DNA of 59,822 bases from contig CAMFOH010000002.1 of assembly GCA_945969495.1 (NCBI GenBank), positions 1 to 59,822 on the forward strand, written 5' to 3'. The notes under the pieces were generated by a model. That model had not been told where the DNA came from. It was given only the letters and a program-made list of their open reading frames with translations, and made no database searches. Below are positions 27,941 to 36,860 of the stretch, in pieces. Origin of the DNA: an uncultured Mollicutes bacterium. Lineage in GTDB: Bacteria > Bacillota_I > Bacilli_A > RF39 > UBA660. The position numbers were made by a program, and so were the translations under genes. Positions within the stretch are counted from its first letter, which is position 1. The number at the start of each line of letters is the position of its first letter.

Positions 27941-28696
27941 ATGGCATTATCTAGTAATTTATTTATTGATGGGGTAAAATATGATAAAGAAAAAGTAATA
28001 GACAAAAATATTTATCCTTTCAACATACCATCCATTAAAAATTTAGATGAAATAAAATTTAATAAACCAGTTACTTTTTTTATTGGAGAAAATGGGGTAG
28101 GAAAGTCAACTTTTATTGAGGCAATTGCGGTTGCATTGAAATTGAATCCTGAAGGTGGTACACAAAATTTTAATTTTAAAACTATGGATTCTCATTCAAA
28201 TTTATCTAATTACTTAACCTTATATAAAAGTGGCAATTTACCAAAATTAAAATATTTCTTACGGGCTGAAAGTTTTTATAACGTAGCAACTGAAATACAA
28301 AGATTAGTTGAAGAAGACGATTTTTACGGATTATATAATGCGTATGGTGGTAATTTACACCAATGTTCTCATGGTGAAGGCTTTTTAAAATTAATAAAAA
28401 ATAGATTTGAAGATAATGGTTTATACATATTAGATGAACCAGAATCCGCGTTATCGCCAACAAGGCAAATGAGTCTTTTATGTTTAATTGATGACTTAGT
28501 AAAAAAGGGATCTCAATTTATTATTTCAACACATTCACCGATATTACTTTCATATAAAAATGCTGATATATTTAATTTAGATGATGATTTTAACAAAATA
28601 AAGTATGAAGATACGGATATATATAAAACATATAAAATGTTTTTAGATAATCCAGAAAGGATGGTTAATATATTATTGAATAGTGATAATAACTAA
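27941..28696 (+). CDS. Stand-alone ABC/AAA-type ATPase (COG3910-like predicted ATPase)
   Basis: AAAGGAG RBS. Walker A GENGVGKST, Walker B LYILDEPESALSP, and STHSP. 251 aa. Confidence 0.75.
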   Translation: MALSSNLFIDGVKYDKEKVIDKNIYPFNIPSIKNLDEIKFNKPVTFFIGENGVGKSTFIEAIAVALKLNPEGGTQNFNFKTMDSHSNLSNYLTLYKSGNLPKLKYFLRAESFYNVATEIQRLVEEDDFYGLYNAYGGNLHQCSHGEGFLKLIKNRFEDNGLYILDEPESALSPTRQMSLLCLIDDLVKKGSQFIISTHSPILLSYKNADIFNLDDDFNKIKYEDTDIYKTYKMFLDNPERMVNILLNSDNN

Positions 28697-28705
28697 CTTA
28701 TATTT

Positions 28706-28750
28706 AATTCCCCTATTATTTTATTTAAAAAAGTAGGGGAATTATTATTT
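28706..28750 (+). terminator. Intrinsic terminator after the ATPase gene
   Basis: AATTCCCCTA/TAGGGGAATT 10-bp stem with an 18-nt loop, followed by a T-rich tract. Confidence 0.65.
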
Positions 28751-28799
28751 ATATAAATATATACATAACTATTATTATATTTAGTATGTAGTATATAAA

Positions 28800-28962
28800 T
28801 GCTATAATATTACACTTCGCTGTGCTGCATCGAGATATTAAATCATGGATGATTATTCACCTCGATTAGTTTAAATAATTTTAAAAATAGTTAAATCCCC
28901 TTCTATAATGATATAAGTAAGCTAAAAGGGGAGTAAGAAGGATAATGATTTATATGAAATAA
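28800..28962 (+). other. Orphan promoter-plus-structured segment (sRNA, antisense promoter or gene relic candidate)
   Basis: Extended -10 TGCTATAAT (28800-28808). Hairpins ATCGAG/CTCGAT (28829-28866) and TCCCCTT/AAGGGGA (28896-28932). Second TATAAT at 28904-28909. GGGGAG plus ATG 28945 opens only a 5-codon ORF. Confidence 0.3.
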
Positions 28963-29123
28963 TATACTGATTGTATGAATTATATATAGTATATATTAAT
29001 TAATAAAACAATTTAAAATTTATTTATAAAAAATTATTATATATAATTTACGATATATGAATTTTTTAATTTATATGAATGAAACAACGTAATATTTCTT
29101 CTATTTAATAGAGAAGAAAATAA

Positions 29124-29154
29124 ATAAAAAAAGATAGCTAGTATATAGTTATCT
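29124..29154 (-). terminator. Probable intrinsic terminator of the HTH regulator gene
   Basis: On the minus strand, AGATAACTA/TAGCTATCT stem (one A.C mismatch) followed by T7. Confidence 0.5.
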
Positions 29155-29214
29155 CTGTATCAAAAATAAAATGTTAACATAATATGTATTATACGAACTT
29201 TAAGAGAAGGATTA

Positions 29215-29982
29215 TTAAACATCTCTAGATTGTATTTCAGCTATCTTAGCTAATACTTCTGATGCGTTATCACGATTGATTTCTGTGTAACCTAATTCAT
29301 GTAAAGCTTGTATTTTAGCACTATTGATTTCTTCTGTTCTTCCAAGTTTTTCTTCTTTTTTATGTTCTATTTCAGCTACGAATTTACGATGCTGTTCAGC
29401 AAGCCTGGTTTTAGAAGCACCACCGCCACGGTATAAAACCATCGCTGAATGCATTATACTTTCAAAAACAAACTGTTCTTCTTCATTAAATGTATATTCT
29501 TCTGGATTTACAAATCCCAATAATTTATTAAAATATCCCATTACATACTTTAATTCTTTTACGTTTTCCAACCCTTGAATAAAATGTAATAAATACTTGT
29601 ATGTAACGTATGCATCATTATTTCCATCAGTAAATCTTTCTTTAATCAAAAAGATAATATCATTTAATAGTTCTTGTTCTCTTGGCTTTAAATCTTTAAA
29701 TTCTATTACGTCTGAATGAGAAACACTAACACTTGATGATTCTCCATTTAATACCATGTCAACCTTGTTTATGAATTCAGTGTCAACTTTTATATTATCA
29801 ATTTCTTTTGCTTCTTTGATATCTAGCAGATTAAATAACCTCATTTTTTTATCTTTTGGCCATTTAGAAACATCATTCATTTCTAAATAATTATATATCA
29901 TTTGTCTTGATACTCCTAGATATTTTGCTAATTTGACTTTGGATATTCCTAGTTCTTGTAATATTTCATTTAGTTTTTCCAT
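29215..29982 (-). CDS. XRE-family HTH transcriptional regulator with a ~190-aa uncharacterised C-terminal domain
   Basis: GGGGAG RBS. HTH segment KVKLAKYLGVSRQMIYNYLEMND. Own promoter TTGACA-16 nt-TGtAAAAT. Comparatively GC-rich motif LYRGGGASKTRLAEQHRKF. Confidence 0.7.
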   Translation of the reverse strand: MEKLNEILQELGISKVKLAKYLGVSRQMIYNYLEMNDVSKWPKDKKMRLFNLLDIKEAKEIDNIKVDTEFINKVDMVLNGESSSVSVSHSDVIEFKDLKPREQELLNDIIFLIKERFTDGNNDAYVTYKYLLHFIQGLENVKELKYVMGYFNKLLGFVNPEEYTFNEEEQFVFESIMHSAMVLYRGGGASKTRLAEQHRKFVAEIEHKKEEKLGRTEEINSAKIQALHELGYTEINRDNASEVLAKIAEIQSRDV

Positions 29983-30082
29983 GATACTCTCTCCCCTACT
30001 ATGATATTACACTTATCATTTTACACTTTTTTACAATTTTGTCAATAATATTACATATATATACAAAATATATTAAAAGCTA

Positions 30083-30715
30083 TTATTTTATAAAAGTAAA
30101 TAATTTTAATAATAAGGGAGTTAAATATGACTCTAAAAGACAATTAATTATCATTAAAATAATACAAAGACAGAAAGTTAATAAATATTTTCCTAAAAAG
30201 TTTTTAAAATTTAAATTGTCTTTTTTTATTAATGCTTTTAAAAATTTAGTTGATACATAAAGTGCAAAAAAAGACATTAATATATATATTAAAATATTAA
30301 TAATAAAACATGGAAATACGTATAAGAAAGCTCCTATTATTCCTTTTAATTGATATTTTAAAAACATAGTTGATAAAGTCGTTCCAAGCATAAATCCTTT
30401 AAAAAATAAAATAAATATTACAACTGGTAATCCGACCATTGATATTCCAAGAGCAAATATAATAAATAATTGTAAACTATTATTTAAAATTTCACTACTA
30501 AAGGCTTTAATTCCAAATACATCATTTGAAAGTTTTTCTATGCTACTAAAATATACTTCTAATTGTTCAATTAAAAGACTTTTATCGTCACTAGTTATAA
30601 AATTAGTAAAAATAGAACCTAATACTAGTCCTATAATGAACATAATTATTACAAATATTAATTTATTTTTTTCTTTTTTTACTGTCTCGTTTAAGTACTT
30701 TATTATTTTTTTCAT
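30083..30715 (-). CDS. spoIIM: Stage II sporulation protein M
   Basis: AAAGGAGAA RBS. 210 aa, 5 TM. The SpoIIM/DUF95 pattern N-terminal TM - soluble segment - 4 TM, with FIIFALGISMVGLPVVIFILFFKGFMLG. Confidence 0.8.
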   Translation of the reverse strand: MKKIIKYLNETVKKEKNKLIFVIIMFIIGLVLGSIFTNFITSDDKSLLIEQLEVYFSSIEKLSNDVFGIKAFSSEILNNSLQLFIIFALGISMVGLPVVIFILFFKGFMLGTTLSTMFLKYQLKGIIGAFLYVFPCFIINILIYILMSFFALYVSTKFLKALIKKDNLNFKNFLGKYLLTFCLCIILMIINCLLESYLTPLLLKLFTFIK

Positions 30716-30812
30716 TTTTTTCTCCTTTGGTAAACTATATTACTAAAAATAATAATTATTACTTTAAATTAAATATCCTTTGTATTATAATTATTGTGAG
30801 GTGAATATATTA

Positions 30813-30944
30813 ATGGGTAAGAAAGCTAATAAAAAAAGAAAAAAGATTAAAGTTAATTGGGCAAAAATATTTGTTTGGATTGCACTTATAGCAATGGCTG
30901 CATCAGCATTCGCCGCTATTTTATCTCCTTTATTTTATAAATAG
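30813..30944 (+). CDS. Small membrane protein (43 aa; Lys-rich N-terminus plus one TM; DUF4044-like). Not in the supplied ORF track.
   Basis: GAGGTGA RBS 9 nt upstream. Sequence MGKKANKKRKKIKVNWAKIFVWIALIAMAASAFAAILSPLFYK. Followed directly by a strong terminator. Confidence 0.55.
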   Translation: MGKKANKKRKKIKVNWAKIFVWIALIAMAASAFAAILSPLFYK

Positions 30945-30970
30945 AATACTTGTGGTATTCTATTTTTTTT
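30942..30970 (+). terminator. Intrinsic terminator
   Basis: TAGAATAC/GTATTCTA stem followed by T8. Confidence 0.8.
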
Positions 30971-30985
30971 AAAATATAATTTAGT

Positions 30986-31393
30986 ATGATAAATAATAAT
31001 CAAGAGAAAATAAATGAAAAAAGACTAAAGTATGTGACTATACAATTATTTGCAACATCAGGATTTATCTTGGCACTTTTAATCTCGTTTTCTCTTGCTT
31101 ATAACAAAAAACTTTCGTTAGAAAATAAAGAAAAAATATTTAGTGATGAAGAAGCTCAAAACTTAGCTATTTTTCAAAATATTTTAGTTTTTATAGTTGC
31201 ACTTAGTTTTTTATATATAAATTATAAACAATATGAAATTGCAAAGGAAATTCATGATAATGAAGCGCAAGATTTTTTTCTTCAAATAGAAACTTCGCTA
31301 TTCGCTATAATATCTTCAATAATTGGACTTTTTATCGTATTTAAAAACTATTATAAAGGTTCTGTTACAATACCAGAATCTGAAATTACGTAA
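30986..31393 (+). CDS. Hypothetical 3-TM membrane protein
   Basis: 135-aa ORF with three hydrophobic segments. A bidirectional terminator AAAATTAGGA/TCCTAATTTT follows at 31407-31432. Confidence 0.45.
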   Translation: MINNNQEKINEKRLKYVTIQLFATSGFILALLISFSLAYNKKLSLENKEKIFSDEEAQNLAIFQNILVFIVALSFLYINYKQYEIAKEIHDNEAQDFFLQIETSLFAIISSIIGLFIVFKNYYKGSVTIPESEIT

Positions 31394-31422
31394 TCATTAT
31401 AAAAAGAAAATTAGGACATTTC

Positions 31423-32412
31423 CTAATTTTCCGCTTCTTTTAGCATTGAAGTTATTAATATTCCGTATCCTTTTTTAGGATTATTCACTACCACGTTTGT
31501 TACCGCTCCAACTATTTTATCTTCCTGTATAATTGGTGATCCACTCATTCCTTGAACAATACCGCCGGTTTTACTAATCAGTTCTTTATCCGTCACCTCA
31601 AAAAGTATATTTTTATTACTATCTATTTCGTTATTAACTTTTAAAATATTAATACTATATTCTTTTTTCTCATCTTTGTTTAAAACGGTAATTATTTTAG
31701 CTTCACCAGTTTTAATATCTTTATATTCAGCTACCTCATATAATTTATTTTTGTTTATTTCCTTAGTATATTTACCAAATACGCCTGAAGTTGTATTTTC
31801 TAAAATATTTCCATATACATCATTAGAATCAACATTAGCATTTTTAGCTCCTGGGTCACCTCTTGTTGATTTATCAATACTAGTTACTGTTGAATTATAT
31901 ATTTTACCATCTTTTACGTTTATCATTGTACCAGACTGAGTTTCCAACACCTCATGGCCTAAAGCACCATATAGCTTTGTATTAGGATCAATAAAAGTTA
32001 GGGTGCCAATACCAGAAACCATATCTTTTACATATAATCCGGTTTTAACTACTCCGTCATCAATAACTAAATTTAAAGTTGTATTTTCTTTAATGTTATT
32101 TCTTAAATAAACTAGTTCTAAATTTTTTTGATTACTATTTTTAATTGTATTAATAAAATCGTCAATTGAGTTAACTGAAACACCATTAGCTTCAATTATT
32201 GTATCTCCTTGTCTTAATGTAGCTTCTTTTCCAGGATATATCTCTCCTACTTTATAAAAACCAGCTATTATTATTCCATTATTATTAATTTGAAGGCCAA
32301 TATTTTCTCCTCCTGCAACTATATATTTAGAATAAGCAAACACGCTTTGTGGCATAATAAATGTAGCAATTAAAAATATTGCTATTAAATTTTTAAATTT
32401 TTTAAAAAACAT
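31423..32412 (-). CDS. spoIVB: SpoIVB peptidase (S55) with a PDZ domain
   Basis: Signal anchor and PDZ (LRQGDTIIEANGVSV). S55 motifs GIGTLTFIDPNTKLYGALGHEV and GMSGSPI. Confidence 0.9.
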   Translation of the reverse strand: MFFKKFKNLIAIFLIATFIMPQSVFAYSKYIVAGGENIGLQINNNGIIIAGFYKVGEIYPGKEATLRQGDTIIEANGVSVNSIDDFINTIKNSNQKNLELVYLRNNIKENTTLNLVIDDGVVKTGLYVKDMVSGIGTLTFIDPNTKLYGALGHEVLETQSGTMINVKDGKIYNSTVTSIDKSTRGDPGAKNANVDSNDVYGNILENTTSGVFGKYTKEINKNKLYEVAEYKDIKTGEAKIITVLNKDEKKEYSINILKVNNEIDSNKNILFEVTDKELISKTGGIVQGMSGSPIIQEDKIVGAVTNVVVNNPKKGYGILITSMLKEAEN

Positions 32413-32504
32413 TTTTATGCTCCTTTTGTAACTCGAATTACATTATTATTATGTAACGTTTATTAATTATAATAAGTGATAAAAAATGGAAATAAAAAAG
32501 GAAA

Positions 32505-33407
32505 CTAATCCCATAAATTTATTGGATATTTTCCTTCTTCTATCATTTTATTAATAGCATTAACTAAATCTTTTTTATCTTCTTTGTAAGTTACACCATA
32601 CCACTTTTCATTTGTATCAAGTACTTTAACATTTATTTTTCCTTCTTTTACTCTTTTAAAAACACTTGTTGGAATTAAAAATTCACATTTATCTAAATCA
32701 TCTTTATGACTTTCAAAAAACTCAGTCATTTCTTCTTCTAAATACTTAAATATAGATGGATTAAAACCAAAGAAATTCATCGATACTAACGTATCTTTAG
32801 TTATTTCAAATTCGCTATTTTTATCTTCTAATGGAGTTGCAATTATCTTTCCTTCTTTTTCTTCAATTGATGATTCAACTAATTTATTTAACATGTTATT
32901 ATCATCTTTTGAACAAATACCTCGTTTAACACTTCCATTTTTACTCATGGTGTTAATTGTTTTATAACCTATCATAGCATATTTATTTTCATCTTTATTT
33001 TCTTCAAAGAAGTTTTTAATTTTCACAAATGGATCATATCCATAAAAATCATCAGCATTAATGACCGTAAATGGTTCATTTATGTAGTTTTTAGCAGATA
33101 AAATCGCGTGCGATGTTCCCCATGGTTTTACTCTTGTTTCTGGCACTTTAACACCATTTGGTACATTCTCTATTCTTTGAAAAGCATATTCAACTTTTAT
33201 TTTTTTCTCTATTCTCTTACCTATTGACTCTCTAAACAATTCGTAGTTTTCTTCTTTTATAATGAATACTACCTTTTTATATCCAGCTTTAATTGCATCA
33301 TAAATCGAATAATCTAAAATAAACTCACCATTTGGTCCTACTGGTTCTACTTGTTTTAAGCCACCGAATCTAGAACCCATTCCAGCAGCCATAATTACTA
33401 ACGTCAT
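32505..33407 (-). CDS. Sugar-phosphate nucleotidyltransferase family protein
   Basis: N-terminal MAAGMGSRFGGLKQ nucleotide-binding loop. PWGTSHA and INADDFYG motifs. Confidence 0.7.
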   Translation of the reverse strand: MTLVIMAAGMGSRFGGLKQVEPVGPNGEFILDYSIYDAIKAGYKKVVFIIKEENYELFRESIGKRIEKKIKVEYAFQRIENVPNGVKVPETRVKPWGTSHAILSAKNYINEPFTVINADDFYGYDPFVKIKNFFEENKDENKYAMIGYKTINTMSKNGSVKRGICSKDDNNMLNKLVESSIEEKEGKIIATPLEDKNSEFEITKDTLVSMNFFGFNPSIFKYLEEEMTEFFESHKDDLDKCEFLIPTSVFKRVKEGKINVKVLDTNEKWYGVTYKEDKKDLVNAINKMIEEGKYPINLWD

Positions 33408-33416
33408 ATTATTCTC

Positions 33417-33638
33417 CTATTCTACGATAAAGTCTTCTTCTTTACCATTTTCTGTTAATATTTTATTTATATTTTCTTCAGCATTTTTTAATTTTAAAGA
33501 ACATTCTTTAGCAAGTTTCATTGCTTTAGTATACTTATCTATTGCATCATCTAAGTCAACATCACCTTGCTCTAATTCATTTACCATTTTTTCTAGTTCA
33601 TTTAGTTTTTCTTCAAATTTCATTTCAACATTCGCCAT
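33417..33638 (-). CDS. xseB: Exodeoxyribonuclease VII small subunit
   Basis: 73 aa. FEEKLNELEKMVNELEQGDVDLDDAIDKYTKAMKL pattern. Overlaps the xseA stop. Confidence 0.9.
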   Translation of the reverse strand: MANVEMKFEEKLNELEKMVNELEQGDVDLDDAIDKYTKAMKLAKECSLKLKNAEENINKILTENGKEEDFIVE

Positions 33639-34899
33639 TTTTTACCTCCATTACTTTAGCTTTTATTTCTCCATCTTTTAATGATATATTTACATTATCA
33701 TTTATTTTTACACCATCTATATTAGATATACATTTACCATCTTTTTTAGTTATGGTATAGCCTCTTTTAAGTGCGTTTAATGGGTTTAATATTTCTAACT
33801 TTTCTATTAAATGATTATTTCTTTTAAGTTTATTTTCATACAAGATACTAGGATCTTTAAATATTATGCTATTTTTAATTATTTCAAGCTTTGAATTTTT
33901 TGTATATAGCATAGCATTTATACAAGTATTTAACTTATCAATTATATTGTCTAGTTTTTGTTCTTTTATTTCATATAAACCTAATGGATTTTTTAAAACA
34001 TAACTTTCTTTTAGTTTTTTAAGTCTTAATTTTGAATTATCTAGTATCCTTTTTATACCATTAGTTAATCTTACCTCATTATTATTTATTTCAAGTAATA
34101 AATCACTAAGTTTAGGTACTGCTCTTTCTGCTGCTCCGGTTGGGGTTTCAGCTCTTACGTCTGCTACAAAATCACAAATCGTAAAATCAATTTGATGTCC
34201 AACACCGCTTATTATTGGTGTTTTGCATGAAAATACTTTTCTTGCAACTACTTCTTCATTAAAAGGCCATAAATCTTCAATAGAACCACCACCACGACCA
34301 AGTATTATTACATCTAAGCCATAGTTATCAGCAATATCTAATTTTTTAACTATGTCATCTTTAGCAAGCTCACCTTGAACTAAACAAGGAAATAAAATGG
34401 TTTTACATATTGGAAATCTTCTTTTAATAGTTGATAGAATATCTTTAACAGCAGCACCAGTTGATGCGGTAACAATTCCAACTTTCATTGGTATTTTTGG
34501 AATTTCTTTTTTATATTTAGAATCAAATAAGCCTTCTTGTTCTAACTTTTTCTTTAGTTGTTCAAAAGCTATGTGTAAATTTCCAACGCCATCTTCAAGC
34601 ATTTCTTCTACGTACATTTGATAATTACCAGTAGATTCAAAAACACTTATTTTACCCTTAACAAGCACCTTCATACCATCTTCTGGTATAAACTTTATCT
34701 TTGATGCATTAAAACTAAACATAATGGCATTTATACGAGAGTTTTCATCTTTAATAGTAAAATAGTAATGCCCACGAGTGTGGGCTTTGAAATTGGATAT
34801 TTCACCTCTTAAATATACTTCTTGTAGGTTCTTATCATTATCTAATTTATATTTAATATATCTAGTAAGTGCTGTTACACTTATGTATTTATCGTCCAT
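33625..34899 (-). CDS. xseA: Exodeoxyribonuclease VII large subunit
   Basis: N-terminal OB fold (VYLRGEISNFKAHTRGHYYFTIKD), catalytic region GRGGGSIEDLW, and a C-terminal coiled coil. Confidence 0.93.
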   Translation of the reverse strand: MDDKYISVTALTRYIKYKLDNDKNLQEVYLRGEISNFKAHTRGHYYFTIKDENSRINAIMFSFNASKIKFIPEDGMKVLVKGKISVFESTGNYQMYVEEMLEDGVGNLHIAFEQLKKKLEQEGLFDSKYKKEIPKIPMKVGIVTASTGAAVKDILSTIKRRFPICKTILFPCLVQGELAKDDIVKKLDIADNYGLDVIILGRGGGSIEDLWPFNEEVVARKVFSCKTPIISGVGHQIDFTICDFVADVRAETPTGAAERAVPKLSDLLLEINNNEVRLTNGIKRILDNSKLRLKKLKESYVLKNPLGLYEIKEQKLDNIIDKLNTCINAMLYTKNSKLEIIKNSIIFKDPSILYENKLKRNNHLIEKLEILNPLNALKRGYTITKKDGKCISNIDGVKINDNVNISLKDGEIKAKVMEVKNGEC

Positions 34900-34933
34900 A
34901 TTATCACCTAATAAACTTTGTTTAATACAATCT

Positions 34934-35548
34934 TTATTTTTTTATTGATTCATAAAAATTAATTTGAGTAACTTGCATATATGGGATTAGCCATAATAAA
35001 CCAATACCAAGTGTAAAGCAAGATAAAATTATCCATCCTAAAAAACTTAAACATAATACGAAATAATCCATTTTATGTCCGTTCATAAGTTCTTTGCTCT
35101 TTTTGATTGCATCATTTGCTTTTATTGTTGGTTCATCCAATAATATGTAATGGACTTGAGAATAACTAATTGCAGCAATGATACCTGGTATTATTAATAA
35201 TAATGACCATAAAGTAGTGTAAATACCTACTAATATACTTACCAATAACATGGTTTTAAACATGTTAGTTTTACTAAATAACTCTTTATATGTAGGAGTT
35301 TGTCCTTTTGCAATCTTTGAAAAGTAACTAATAAGTCCTAATGTTAATAATGATCCTACCACAAGACTTAATATATCAGATAATATTTCTCTTATGTCGT
35401 TATTGATATTGAAAATTACTTCGATTATGCCTAATACGAATCCTGATAAAAAATAAATTGCAAAATTTAATAAGATAATCTTTATTGATTCCGTCCATTT
35501 TCCTTTCAAACTATTTTTTGCTTTTTCTTTTAATTCTTTTCTTGTCAT
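34934..35548 (-). CDS. DUF975 family membrane protein
   Basis: N-terminus TRKELKEKAKNSLKGKWTESIKIILL followed by 4-5 TM, characteristic of DUF975. Confidence 0.7.
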   Translation of the reverse strand: MTRKELKEKAKNSLKGKWTESIKIILLNFAIYFLSGFVLGIIEVIFNINNDIREILSDILSLVVGSLLTLGLISYFSKIAKGQTPTYKELFSKTNMFKTMLLVSILVGIYTTLWSLLLIIPGIIAAISYSQVHYILLDEPTIKANDAIKKSKELMNGHKMDYFVLCLSFLGWIILSCFTLGIGLLWLIPYMQVTQINFYESIKK

Positions 35549-35646
35549 ACTTCTTTATCCTCCTATAAAGATTATATAATATTTAATGATTAATGTAAAT
35601 ATTGAAAATATTGTCATAATAATATATTATATTTTTGGTGATATAT

Positions 35647-36423
35647 ATGAACGAAGAAAACTTAATTATCTATTATAATAAATTTAATGAAGATAAAAGA
35701 TTAACTCACAGACATGGTATTGTTGAATATACAACCACGATGAAATATATAAAAGAATATTTAAAAAAAATGAATAACCCTAAAATAATAGATGTTGGTG
35801 CAGGAACTGGTAAATATTCTATAGAACTTTCAAAAGAAGGCTATGATATAACAGCAGTTGAACTTGTTAAACATAATTTAATGACTTTAAAGGCAAAAAA
35901 TAGCTTAGTTAAAGCTTATTTAGGTAATGCAACTAATCTTACTATGTTTAAAGATAATTCGTTTGATATGGTGCTTTTATTTGGTCCATTATACCATTTA
36001 ATAGATAAAGAAGATAAATTAAAAGCTTTAAAAGAAGCTAAAAGATTAGTAAAAGATGATGGTGTGATATTAGTTAGTTATTACATGAATGAATATGCAA
36101 TTATAACTCATGGTTTTAAGGATAATAATATATTAAGTGCAATAAAAAACAAAGAGGTAGATGAAAATTATCATGTAACACCTAAAAAGACCGATTTATA
36201 TAGTATGGTTAGATTAGAGGACATTGATGAATTAAATAAACTTTCGGGTTTAAAAAGAATTAAAATACTTGCACAAGATGGGCCATCTGATTATATTAGA
36301 CCAATAATTAATAAAATGGATGATCAAACGTTTAACGAATACATAAAATATCACTTATCAATTTGTGAAAGATATGAACTTTTAGGTGCATCATCACATG
36401 TTTTAGACATATTAAAAAAGTAA
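35647..36423 (+). CDS. Class I SAM-dependent methyltransferase
   Basis: SAM motif I IIDVGAGTGKYS. Post-I acidic residue in AVEL. Motif VLLFGPLYHL. Confidence 0.75.
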   Translation: MNEENLIIYYNKFNEDKRLTHRHGIVEYTTTMKYIKEYLKKMNNPKIIDVGAGTGKYSIELSKEGYDITAVELVKHNLMTLKAKNSLVKAYLGNATNLTMFKDNSFDMVLLFGPLYHLIDKEDKLKALKEAKRLVKDDGVILVSYYMNEYAIITHGFKDNNILSAIKNKEVDENYHVTPKKTDLYSMVRLEDIDELNKLSGLKRIKILAQDGPSDYIRPIINKMDDQTFNEYIKYHLSICERYELLGASSHVLDILKK

Positions 36424-36449
36424 TTAGCACTAACTAATTACTTTTTATT

Positions 36450-36848
36450 TTAATCAATTTTTTTATGATATACTTTATCAAGTACACCATTTATCATGTT
36501 TTTAACTTTATCATCAGAATACTTTTTAGCAAGCTCAACCGCTTCATTTATCGCTACTATATCAGGTGTATCTGTATATAAAAGTTCATATATGCCCATT
36601 GATAAAATCGCTTGATCAGTTAATCCTAATCTACTTATTTTCCAATCTTTTAAATGTTCGTTAGCAGTTTTAAATAAATCTTCTTTTTTATCTAAAATAC
36701 CATTAACCATTTCTTTTACGAATGAATTATCAATGCTTAAATTTTCATTTATTACTTCATCCAAACTATAATCAATTTTATTTGTCTGATACATAAATAC
36801 TTGATACAAAATAGTCATAATAATAACTCTTGATTCATTTCTATTCAT
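36450..36848 (-). CDS. nusB: Transcription antitermination factor NusB
   Basis: 132 aa. RNESRVIIMTILYQ...LSMGIYELLYTDTPDIVAINEAVELAKKY pattern. Confidence 0.92.
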   Translation of the reverse strand: MNRNESRVIIMTILYQVFMYQTNKIDYSLDEVINENLSIDNSFVKEMVNGILDKKEDLFKTANEHLKDWKISRLGLTDQAILSMGIYELLYTDTPDIVAINEAVELAKKYSDDKVKNMINGVLDKVYHKKID

Positions 36849-36860
36849 AATATTACCTTT

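Noticed and set aside
28945-29214. Decayed protein-coding remnant detectable by translation downstream of the 5-codon ORF
   Set aside because: All three + frames are riddled with stops every few codons. I could not recognise any residual similarity to the HTH protein beyond AT-rich coincidences such as MIY. A gene relic therefore remains only a hypothesis (see findings).
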